From: Desulfatiglandales bacterium
Lineage (GTDB): Bacteria > Desulfobacterota > DSM-4660 > Desulfatiglandales > Desulfatiglandaceae
DNA length: 64,000 nt
Direction of reading: 5' to 3'
NCBI GenBank assembly: GCA_963666345.1
Contig: OY762721.1
Location: 3,328,001 to 3,392,000, forward strand
Position 1 is the stretch's first letter; each line of letters starts with the position of its first letter. The notes beneath the pieces are model-generated. The model ran no database searches. It was not told where the DNA came from and worked only from the letters and a program-made list of their open reading frames with translations. Both the position numbers and the translations under genes were made by a program. Of this stretch, positions 30,532 to 39,100 are shown piece after piece.

Positions 30532-30546
30532 ACGAAGATCCTCCTG

Positions 30547-31158
30547 TCAGCCCGGACCCGGTCCGGTTTTTATACTATTTAATTGCCTGTCGTGCAGTCT
30601 TGATAAAAGCATCAGTGCCAGAACCGCACCCAGAAGTGCCAGGCCCATATCCGACTGGGTGTCCCACACATAACCCTGCGTGCCTAAAAAGGCTTCAGCT
30701 GATTCATCCGTAAATATCGCAACCCACCATTCAATAAGTTCATAAAACGCGCTCAAGGCAAGGCAGCAGCATACAACGATAAAATTCCGCCACGCAATGC
30801 CGTTTATAACCGTTTTTCTGATAAATATTTCACGCGCTATAACAGCGGGAACAAAGCCCTGTGCGAAGTGCCCGACCTTGTCGTAATTGTTCCTTTCAAG
30901 CTCAAGACAGTCCCGTATCCAGTCAAACAGAGGGACCTCCGCATAGGTATAATGTCCGCCGACCATCAGAATAACGCAGTGAATCAGTATCAGGACGTAC
31001 GTAAGGTTTGTAAGGCGGAACCTCTTGTATGTCAAGGTCACTAAAATCAAACCTATAAGGGCGGGGGCCACTTCCAGAAACCAGATAAAATAGTCGTTGG
31101 GATCTATTGCCGACCATATCAGGACAATTAAAAATGTCGAAACCCAGGCTGTTTTCAT
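30547..31158 (-). CDS. DUF2238 (YjdF-like) inner membrane protein
   Basis: W.LEV.P, GGHYTYAEVP, RNNYDKVGH, YELIEWW and FLGTQG..WDTQSDM motifs. Confidence 0.88.
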   Translation of the reverse strand: MKTAWVSTFLIVLIWSAIDPNDYFIWFLEVAPALIGLILVTLTYKRFRLTNLTYVLILIHCVILMVGGHYTYAEVPLFDWIRDCLELERNNYDKVGHFAQGFVPAVIAREIFIRKTVINGIAWRNFIVVCCCLALSAFYELIEWWVAIFTDESAEAFLGTQGYVWDTQSDMGLALLGAVLALMLLSRLHDRQLNSIKTGPGPG

Positions 31159-31460
31159 CTGTTTATCCGCTGGAATTTAACCATGCTGCCTGCGGGCGGC
31201 AAGGATGCGATCAATCCTTCTGTAACCGCCCGGTCTGCCACAAAATAACGGCTAAGGCCCAGAATGAAACAAGAATAATTAATGGGGCCTGAGGTCCTTC
31301 AACTCATGCGATTTTTTTTCACAGTTTTGTCCATCTGCCGCTCTGTATCCGGAACTGTTGATGTGCCGCCGTGCGGCCCTTTCCGGGGTGGGGATTTCCT
31401 TTAATGGGTTAGGCTCACTCCCCTTACCAGCGGGTCAAGGCAAAAGCTGAACGGAGACTT

Positions 31461-32252
31461 TTATCCTTTTGGTTGTAAAAACCTTATCAGATTGTCGTTA
31501 AAATGCCGAGCCTGCTCGATATTGGAAAGATGGGCCGCATCAGGGATCACCACAAGACTCGAGCCTTTGATTTGCGCGTGCATGGCCTCGGATGCCGCCA
31601 CCGGTGTGCCCGGGTCATCGGCACCGACCATAATCAGGGTGGGAGCCTCAATGGCCGACAACCGGTTCAAATAATTGAGACGCCGTATGGCTTCACTGCA
31701 CCCAAGATAACCAGCCACAGGGGTGTCCAGGATCTGTTGCCTGACCTGCTTGATCCCGGGAGGGTTTTCTTTAAGATAATCGGGGGTAAACCAGCGCTCT
31801 AAAGTTGCCTCCGCAACCGCCTGCATGCCCCCCTTTTGCACGTCATCGCTACGTTTTTGCCAGAGGGGTTGGGCTTCATCGGGAATGATGGCGGCCGTAT
31901 CCGCTAAAACCAGACGCTCTATGCGCTGCGGGTGATCTAATGCCAGGCCCTGTCCGATCATGCCGCCCATAGACAGGCCGACCCAGTAGACCCTGTTTAA
32001 ATTCAGTTCATCCAGAATAGCCGCGGCATCGTCAACCAGTTGCTCCATGGTGTAAGGCCCCGGCGGCGGGTCACTTCCTCCGTGACCGCGCGTATCATAT
32101 CTGAGGACCTGGAAGCGGGATTCCAGCAAATCAAGCTGAGGGTGCCACATCACCATGCTGCAGGCCAGGGAGTGACTCAACACCACCACGGGTGCCTGCT
32201 TTTTACCGGACAATTCACAATTGACGCGGATACCGTTTGCTTCGATTATCAT
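31461..32252 (-). CDS. Alpha/beta hydrolase, 3-oxoadipate enol-lactonase (PcaD/CatD)-like
   Basis: RYDTRGHG, GLSMGG nucleophile elbow, RWFT and AAHLSNIEQ motifs. Confidence 0.85.
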   Translation of the reverse strand: MIIEANGIRVNCELSGKKQAPVVVLSHSLACSMVMWHPQLDLLESRFQVLRYDTRGHGGSDPPPGPYTMEQLVDDAAAILDELNLNRVYWVGLSMGGMIGQGLALDHPQRIERLVLADTAAIIPDEAQPLWQKRSDDVQKGGMQAVAEATLERWFTPDYLKENPPGIKQVRQQILDTPVAGYLGCSEAIRRLNYLNRLSAIEAPTLIMVGADDPGTPVAASEAMHAQIKGSSLVVIPDAAHLSNIEQARHFNDNLIRFLQPKG

Positions 32253-32427
32253 GATTTAGACTCCTTTCTTCAATATTTCATAAATCGCTTGGCCTTGATC
32301 CCGACGCATAACTGGTAAGAATAAGTAAAAATTTATTGTAAAACAGAGAAAAAGAAGCAATAGCCGGCGAGTTCACTTTTTATCGAAAGTGAAGAATGAG
32401 GCTCTGATCTATTGGCCTGGTGATTCA

Positions 32428-32961
32428 TTATTCCAGTTTGTTGACCTGCCGGCTTTCAGGTACCTTAGATGTTTTTTGCAATGTATCGGTGGAATAAAGC
32501 TGATTATATTTGTTTATTAGCAACTGAAGCCTCAGCATCTCCTCCTGGCTCAACTGCCCGTCTTTTTCTAACTTCTCAATTAGCGCGTTTATCGGGAACC
32601 ATAGCTCATCGGCTGACTGCAATCGTTTTTCCATTATCTGATGAGACTCCGGTTCAGGGGCGATCGTGATCGTGATCTCTTCTGAAAAGGGGCTTTCAAC
32701 AGAGGCTTGATTAACGGAAGTGACCGCAAAGTAGTAGGTCTTTCCGGCAACCAGATCCGTAAAGGTATGGCTTGTATTTTTCCCGGCCGAAACAGGCGGG
32801 CCATATACCCTGGAAGCCGTTCCGCAATATACGTTGTAATGGTCAAGCTCGCCGGCCCCCGTGGACTGCCAGTCAAGTGTGTATGATCCGGCAGATGCAT
32901 ACACGGGCAGTAGAAACAGGACACAAACAGCTATTAGATACAGCCTGATTTTTTTGCGCAC
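32428..32961 (-). CDS. Secreted protein with one fibronectin type III domain and a helical C-terminal tail
   Basis: Signal peptide; TLDW..Y.VY.GT..Y and L..GKTYYFAVT..ES.FSEE pattern; GAGGTG RBS. Confidence 0.75.
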   Translation of the reverse strand: MRKKIRLYLIAVCVLFLLPVYASAGSYTLDWQSTGAGELDHYNVYCGTASRVYGPPVSAGKNTSHTFTDLVAGKTYYFAVTSVNQASVESPFSEEITITIAPEPESHQIMEKRLQSADELWFPINALIEKLEKDGQLSQEEMLRLQLLINKYNQLYSTDTLQKTSKVPESRQVNKLE

Positions 32962-33260
32962 GACTCACCTCGCGGAATAGGATTACCCCCAAAAAAGAAG
33001 AAAACGGAACTTCCTCAATGAGAAAGGGTGCCCGATCATTAACATGGATGCCTACGGATATCTATCTAACACATACCGGCGTAGATAGATAAGTATGTCA
33101 GATTATTATTTTTATGTTTATTTTTGTCAAGATTTCAAGAAGCTTAAGGGCAAACCTGGCTTGTCCCTTACAACCCTGTCTTCACTCAAATTAGATAAAG
33201 AAAATGGAGGTGGTCTCATCTTTACCGAGTGAGCCGGCAGGGCTAAAGAAAAGCATGAAA

Positions 33261-33398
33261 TCATGGGCGTCCCCCTTGTCCACTTGTGGTAATGACATGA
33301 ATGCCGTCGACTTTTCTGTTGTTCTGGTGCAAAGCGTACAGGGTTTCAGTGATGACCTGGGGGCTCAAGCCTGTCACTGCCAGCAGCGTGTTTTTCAT
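33261..33398 (-). pseudogene. Truncated CRISPR-associated CARF-domain gene (NE0113/Csm6-type N-terminus)
   Basis: ATG overlaps the cas6 stop (ATGA). Translates MKNTLLAVTGLSPQVITETLYALHQNNRKVDGIHVITTSGQGGRP* (45 aa), matching the G.SPQV.TET..AL and ITT CARF motifs. Confidence 0.8.
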
Positions 33399-34335
33399 TC
33401 CACTATCTCCGCCTGTATCTTTCCCGGGCCAAAGGAGGTCTGTTTACCAAGATGAACTTTGGAGCAGAACTCGATCAGCGGCATATACTCACCCATATCG
33501 CCTTCATATGTGACGGATCCGACCATGCCGCCCATGAGCATTGCCTTGTCCTGGCGAAAGGAATAACGCCTCCAGTCAAACCAGTTGAGATCTTCGTCCA
33601 CGATTTTGACGTCCATGGCCTTTTTGACAAGGCCCCGGTAATCCAGCGAAGGTTCACCCTCTCCGTAGAAATTATAAAGAGAAGACATCCTTCTCAGCAT
33701 GGCCCTTACAAGGACATGGAACGGCAGATCGGCCTTGAGGCGGTTTTCAAACTTGAGGCGAAGGGGCGTTATCATGCTCAGCCTGAGTCTGAACGTTCTT
33801 TTCTGGAACTCTCCGTTATCCTTAAGTGAAAGAATGGGCGGATTTTCAGTCTTGAGTGTCTGGTCGGCACTTGAATAAATGGGTTTTTCACCGGCCTTGA
33901 CCTGTTCAAGGGAAAAATGTCCCCGCTTCCCGTTGACGCGTTTTCCGATCCCGATCTTTCCCATCTGTTCAAAGGCATAGATAAAATAGGGGAGGTTGCG
34001 GTTGGCTTCACCAAAGAGCAATAACCGAAAATCAAAGGAGGATCCTTCTGAAAAACGGGTTTCCATGGTAAGCGGAGGTTCGATAACAAAGGGATGAGGG
34101 GCTGCGGCAATTCTCGAACCCTCAGGCGTATCCATGGTGTCCTGGGTCTCAAAGACCATTGCATAGACGCATCTTTTTTTCAGCAGGCACTGGTCGCACT
34201 CCTGTCGTTTGAGGGCACAGACTACTCGTTTCAGGGCACGGCCGAATACCCCCCCCTGAAAGTGGAGCCCTTATAGCAGGGGAGCATGGCCTCATCAGTC
34301 AAACGGCATAGAAACTGATAATTTTCGTAAAGCAT
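33395..34335 (-). pseudogene. cas6: Cas6 pre-crRNA endoribonuclease, frameshifted in a G8 run
   Basis: 5' part MLYENYQF..LPCYKGSTFRG joins VFGRALKRVVC..C..C....C.Y..VFE across a run of 8 G (34249-34256). The 3' part has APHPFVIEPP, TPLRLK and the C-terminal G-loop HLGKQTSFG.G. Confidence 0.88.
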
Positions 34336-34652
34336 ATTATCTTCCCGGTTATGTAAGCTAATAAATCGAATGCTCTAATTCTTTTCAGGTAACATTAAAG
34401 GAAATCAGAAAGCCCGCAAACTACTGCAACATTGCAAAAAAGAAAGCGCCGCCTCTTTTTGTGAGAAACGGGATTTTTTGGCGATCATTAAACATTTCCA
34501 GGCCTCATTGAGGTTGGATCGTGATTTCTCCTGCCAGTGCAATCAATGCCTGTCAGGATGTGGGAAGTGGATATACATAATTTGATGTGTTCCCGCATGA
34601 TGAGCCCTTTTGTTTGAAAGGGGTTAAGATAAGAAACATAAATGCAATTAGA

Positions 34653-34680
34653 ACCATAAAATAAAACAGGGTTATGTCAA
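34653..34680 (-). promoter_or_regulatory. Candidate sigma70 promoter reading toward cas6
   Basis: TTGACA-16 bp-TATGGT on the minus strand. Confidence 0.4.
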
Positions 34681-34723
34681 GTGAAAATAAAATTTATAGC
34701 TGATTTTAAACCTAATTTTTCTA

Positions 34724-34817
34724 AATGCACATAAACATGTGCATTGTTAAAATGTAATTGGCAGGAATGCACAGAAACATGTGCATGATAACCAGCGTGC
34801 ACATATTTCTGTGCACG
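34724..34817. repeat. Three clustered TGCACA-N6-TGTGCA palindromes
   Basis: AATGCACATAAACATGTGCATT (34724-34745), AATGCACAGAAACATGTGCATG (34766-34787) and CGTGCACATATTTCTGTGCACG (34796-34817). Confidence 0.9.
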
Positions 34818-34940
34818 CGGCAGGGAAGGGTGGCGGAGGGATTTTTTTGATGCATGAATTTAAAGCGATTAAATTGGAATTAGATCAATGATATAGGAGG
34901 TTTCTACAAAATTTGTAGGTGATAGAGCAGGGGCAACAGC

Positions 34941-36275
34941 TCAGACGGCCGCTGAAAATTGGGGTAGAAGCGATATGGCATATAATGGAAGATTGTAGAT
35001 TTTTCCGTCCTTTTTGAGGTTAAGGAGGTTTATCCGCAGAAGCCGGTCCGGTTTGAACTGTAAGTCATAAGACTTCAGGCTCTTGCTCTTTAGATTAATA
35101 CCGGCTTTAACTTCAAGCGGGCAGATATTCCCTTCAAAATCAAAAAGAAAGTCAAGTTCGGCCTTTCCGCCTTTACTTCGCCAGTAGTAAAGCCCTTGGT
35201 TAAAATGAGAAACCAGCTGCTGGGCAACATAATTCTCCACCAGGGCTCCTTCATATTCGTTGAAGAGCCGTTCTCCCTGTGCCGATAGCTCGACAGGCAC
35301 CTTGGCCATGGCTCCCAGCAAACCTACATCAAGGGCATATACCTTGAAACAATCGGTATTTGCATAATGTTTCAAGGGATGTCTGACTGTTTCAATCGCA
35401 TTTGCCTGATAAATCAAACCTGTATCTTCAAGCCATCTCAGGCTATCTTCATAGGCCCTCGCTCTAGCCCCTTTCTTGACAGCGGAGAAAACGAACTTTT
35501 TGTTTTCCCTTGCAAGATGCCTGGGTATTGAATCCCAAATCATTGTGAGCTTTGGTATGTCGGGCGCCGGGGCATGCTTGGCAAAATCCATGACATAAGA
35601 TTTGATGATTTCTTCCTGAATCTCTCTGATTTCCCTGCCATTACCTTCCCCGGCATGGTGCTTTACCGCTTCCGGCATGCCTCCGACAAAATAATAACGG
35701 CGAAGCATATCTATCAAATGTGAATGAAAGGCTTCAGGGAGGGGAGTTGGTCGACTGATCTCTTTGAGCAGCTTTCTGTACCTGGACTCACCCATGGCAT
35801 CTAGGAATTCCTGAAACGTCATGGGATAAAGATTTAGAAAGTTTACCTTTCCAACGGGGAAGGATCCCGGACCGGAAAGTTTCAACCCAAGTAAAGAACC
35901 AGCAGCGGCTATGTGGATATCGCTTTGCTCTTCAGCAAAGTATTTCAGCGCATTCAGGGCACGGTTTGAAACCTGGATTTCATCGAAGATAATAAGGCAT
36001 GCCCCTGGTTGGATGTCCAGATCCCTATAAATGGAGAGTTCTTTTCGTATTCGGTCAGGATTCAGGTCCTTTTTGAAGAATTGGTCGAGTCCGGGGTCTT
36101 CCTCGAAATTGAAGTATGCAACATTTTCGTATTCGTTGCGGCCGAATTCCTTCAGGATAAATGTCTTTCCTGTTTGTCTGGCACCTTGCAAAAGGAGCGG
36201 TTTTCTTCTGGAGGACGTCTTCCATTCCAATAATTTATTATAGATATCTCTTTTCATGGCATTGTATTTTGCCAT
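34941..36275 (-). CDS. AAA_14 family ATPase with DUF4143 domain
   Basis: GARQTGKT, IIFDEIQ, AAGSLLG, GGMPE, D.GLL, ENYVAQQL and YYW...AELDF...PLEVKAG (PD-(D/E)xK-like) motifs. Confidence 0.92.
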   Translation of the reverse strand: MAKYNAMKRDIYNKLLEWKTSSRRKPLLLQGARQTGKTFILKEFGRNEYENVAYFNFEEDPGLDQFFKKDLNPDRIRKELSIYRDLDIQPGACLIIFDEIQVSNRALNALKYFAEEQSDIHIAAAGSLLGLKLSGPGSFPVGKVNFLNLYPMTFQEFLDAMGESRYRKLLKEISRPTPLPEAFHSHLIDMLRRYYFVGGMPEAVKHHAGEGNGREIREIQEEIIKSYVMDFAKHAPAPDIPKLTMIWDSIPRHLARENKKFVFSAVKKGARARAYEDSLRWLEDTGLIYQANAIETVRHPLKHYANTDCFKVYALDVGLLGAMAKVPVELSAQGERLFNEYEGALVENYVAQQLVSHFNQGLYYWRSKGGKAELDFLFDFEGNICPLEVKAGINLKSKSLKSYDLQFKPDRLLRINLLNLKKDGKIYNLPLYAISLLPQFSAAV

Positions 36276-36436
36276 GATCGGGGTGTGGGGTCAAGGGTAT
36301 TCGGGCGGAAAATGTGATTTTATGCACATTATTCAGACGAAAAATGTGCATTTGCGCACAAAATACTCCCCAAAGTCATTATATTCTGTGCCTTGAACCT
36401 CACTTTTTGATAAGGATAATAAAGCAAAAGTGTAAC

Positions 36437-38182
36437 CTAATGGGATAGGTCCCTTCTATCCCAGAGTGTCTTCCGGTTAATAATGTCAAACACTCCTGCG
36501 TAGTTTATTCTTACTTCCGGAAGAAAGTCATTCGGAAGAAAGACCAGGGTGTAAAAGGGGTCATGAAAGGGGTAGCCCTTTTTGGAAAGGAATGCCTTGA
36601 ATTCGTTTTCCCTTTTAGAAAGCTCGCGCATCGGCACATGAGACATCATCCCTCCAAGGGGAAGGGGCCATTCATAGGCAACGCGGCCGTTATCGAGAGC
36701 CACGGTGCCGCCTCCCAGCTCGATGAGACGGTTTACCGCATCTGTCATGGATTGAAGGTTTCCGCCTATTACAAGGATCTGGTTTGCCGTGTTAAAGGTG
36801 GAGGCAAGGGCCTCGATATCATCTGCAAAACCCTTCAGTATCCCGTTGGAAACCCATTTTCCATCCCTGTCTATAAGGGAGATAAAAGAAAAACCTGCCC
36901 TGTCTTCAAGGTCGATAAGGCCGTGTTTAACGGGAAACAAGACCTGTTCCATGCGGGTGATGACGGCCGAGATAAGCCTTATGACCGGAAAGGATACCTC
37001 CTTTTGTTTGCTTCTTATCTCGAAATAATCCCTTTTTGCCCTCCAGCGCTTTTTTATAAAAGAGGAGCCGGGCAGAAATTTCTTCCAGTTCGGATGAGGC
37101 CAATCCCCTGAAAGCCTCCCCTCTTTTGCGACCAATAGACCCTTTGAAAAGACCATCTCGGGCACGGGATCGAGCAGGTCGTCTAAGACCAGGATATCCG
37201 CGTATCTGCCGGGTGCGATTCCTCCTATGTCGCGCTCCATTCCGAAATAAAGCGCCGGGTTTATAGTGACCATCCTGTAGGCGGACACAGGATCTATACC
37301 CTGTTTAAAGGCTGTTTTAAGGAGATGATCAGTAATTCCATTTTCCCTGTAAAAGGCGGGGCTTGATGAGTCGGTGGTAAGCATCATCCTGTCAGTTAAT
37401 GCACCCCCTTCTGTCACCGCCTTTAAAAGGCCATTCAGGTCCTGCCTTAAGGAACTTTGCCTCAGCATGACCCAGAGACCTGCCCTAAGCCTCTCCATCA
37501 CCTCAAGCGCGTTTATGCTCTCATGGCACGATTCGATTCCGCACCGGGCAAGGGCCTGTATCTTTTCATGTTTTGCTCCCGCGGTGTGTCCGTCCACCCT
37601 TTTCCCGAGACTTTTTGCGATATCGATCAGCTCAAGGATATCCGGATCACCTGAAAGAAGATCCTGCCACCGGGTGATTTCTCCCAGGGAGGCGGCAGCC
37701 GGGTGCATGAGCAACCTTTCCACATTTTCGACGGAAAAGAGTTCCTTTTCATCTTTCATGGGTGTCTGGGGATTCGACCGGCAGAACCAGAAAAATTTTA
37801 CCGGAAAATCTGCAAGCCGGTCCATGAAGGCCTCAAAGAGATCGACCCCCATAAGAGAGAAAAATACCAGATTGTCGCAGACAAAGGTGGTCGTGCCGAG
37901 GGTGCATGCCTCCTGGGCCAGTGTCACGGGATTGTAGAGGAACCAGGGGTGACAGTGGGGCTCGATGTATCCCGGGACAAGGGCCTTTCCCTTAACGTCC
38001 ACGATCTGCGTGTCTTTTTCCTGCGGGACCGGAAGGGTGCCCACATGATCGAATCTTTCACCCTTTATCGCGACGTTTGTCTTAAGGAGTTCCCCTGAAT
38101 AGACATTCAGGACCGTGCCACCGGTCAGACAGATGTCGGGGCCGTCGGTTGAATGGCTGTTTGCGCCCCGGGAGTTATTCAT
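36437..38182 (-). CDS. Adenine deaminase-like amidohydrolase (Ade/YerA family)
   Basis: PGYIEPHCH, VDGH, SCHES, LTTD, GGIAPGRYAD and LPLGGMMS motifs. ATG at 38182 overlaps the dch stop. Confidence 0.85.
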   Translation of the reverse strand: MNNSRGANSHSTDGPDICLTGGTVLNVYSGELLKTNVAIKGERFDHVGTLPVPQEKDTQIVDVKGKALVPGYIEPHCHPWFLYNPVTLAQEACTLGTTTFVCDNLVFFSLMGVDLFEAFMDRLADFPVKFFWFCRSNPQTPMKDEKELFSVENVERLLMHPAAASLGEITRWQDLLSGDPDILELIDIAKSLGKRVDGHTAGAKHEKIQALARCGIESCHESINALEVMERLRAGLWVMLRQSSLRQDLNGLLKAVTEGGALTDRMMLTTDSSSPAFYRENGITDHLLKTAFKQGIDPVSAYRMVTINPALYFGMERDIGGIAPGRYADILVLDDLLDPVPEMVFSKGLLVAKEGRLSGDWPHPNWKKFLPGSSFIKKRWRAKRDYFEIRSKQKEVSFPVIRLISAVITRMEQVLFPVKHGLIDLEDRAGFSFISLIDRDGKWVSNGILKGFADDIEALASTFNTANQILVIGGNLQSMTDAVNRLIELGGGTVALDNGRVAYEWPLPLGGMMSHVPMRELSKRENEFKAFLSKKGYPFHDPFYTLVFLPNDFLPEVRINYAGVFDIINRKTLWDRRDLSH

Positions 38183-38942
38183 TTTTCCATTCGGGCCTTC
38201 TTTTTTCAAGAAACGCATTAAGCCCTTCCTGGGCGTCTGCCGTGGGCATGAGTTCATCAAGATAGATCTTTTCTATTACCTGCAAAGAGGCCTCAAGGTC
38301 GTCTCCAAGACCGGCCATGACCGCCTTTCTGGTCTTTCTAAGGACCTCCGCGCTCATCCTGAGATAGGGCTTTAGGAACTTTTCGGTTTCAGCCTCAAGC
38401 TCGCCTTGTTCGACCACCATGTTGACAAGCCCCATTCCTGCCGCCTCCTGAGCCGATATGATCTTACCGGAGAATATCAGCTCGGAGGCGGCCTTTCTAC
38501 CCATAATCCTAGGCATGATAAGGGCTGCGATAGGAGGAAACACCCCCACCTGTATCTCCGGCTGGCCGAATTTGGCGTCCTGAGAGGCGATTACAAGGTC
38601 GCAGAATACGGCAAGCTCGCATCCCCCGCCGAGGCAGGAGCCGTAGACCGAGGCGACGGTAGGAATCCCCAGCGCTTCCATCTTCCTGAACATGCCGTGA
38701 AAGGCCTCTATCATCTTAGGGGCAAGATCCCCCATATGCTCTCCCACGTCCACTCCGGCTGAAAAACACTTTCCCTTTGCGTCGAAAAGCACGGCCTTTA
38801 GATCCTTTTTGCCTTTCCAGGAATCGAGCCGGTTGTTTATCTCCTCCATCATGGCAATGTTCAAGATATTTACAGGGGGCCTGTTCAAGGTGATGGTGCC
38901 CAGGCCGCCGTCAAAAACCGATTCAATATATTGATAGGCCAT
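38175..38942 (-). CDS. dch: Cyclohexa-1,5-diene-1-carbonyl-CoA hydratase (Dch/BamR), crotonase family
   Basis: FSAGVDVGEH, CLGGGCEL, GQPEI.VGVFPP and YL.ELM.T.DA.EG motifs; directly downstream of oah. Confidence 0.85.
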   Translation of the reverse strand: MAYQYIESVFDGGLGTITLNRPPVNILNIAMMEEINNRLDSWKGKKDLKAVLFDAKGKCFSAGVDVGEHMGDLAPKMIEAFHGMFRKMEALGIPTVASVYGSCLGGGCELAVFCDLVIASQDAKFGQPEIQVGVFPPIAALIMPRIMGRKAASELIFSGKIISAQEAAGMGLVNMVVEQGELEAETEKFLKPYLRMSAEVLRKTRKAVMAGLGDDLEASLQVIEKIYLDELMPTADAQEGLNAFLEKRRPEWKNE

Positions 38943-38981
38943 TTTGTGCTCCTTCCGGACGGTGCCACAAGTTTAAAAAAA

Positions 38982-39023
38982 GGGTTCAAGGGGCCAAGGG
39001 TTCAAGGGTTATAAAGGTTATAA
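38982..39023. repeat. Orphan octamer tandem array (GGGTTCAA-type)
   Basis: GGGTTCAA GGGGCCAA GGGTTCAA GGGTTATA AAGGTTATA; same unit as the sub-terminal arrays of the two TIR elements. Confidence 0.75.
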
Positions 39024-39100
39024 AAAGAAGCGGCAGGCAGGTCAATGTTTCCGATCGTCCTGGCTGCCGCATGAAAGACCTTCCATTTCGGATAATTGGA

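Noticed and set aside
33003..33037. Possible single degenerate CRISPR repeat downstream of the CARF fragment
   Set aside because: Only a vague resemblance (..ATGAGAAAGGG..) and no second copy seen.
34724..34817. Mini CRISPR array next to cas6
   Set aside because: The units are 22-bp palindromes separated by only 20 and 8 bp, with the third inverted. This is not repeat-spacer geometry, so they are kept as candidate operators.
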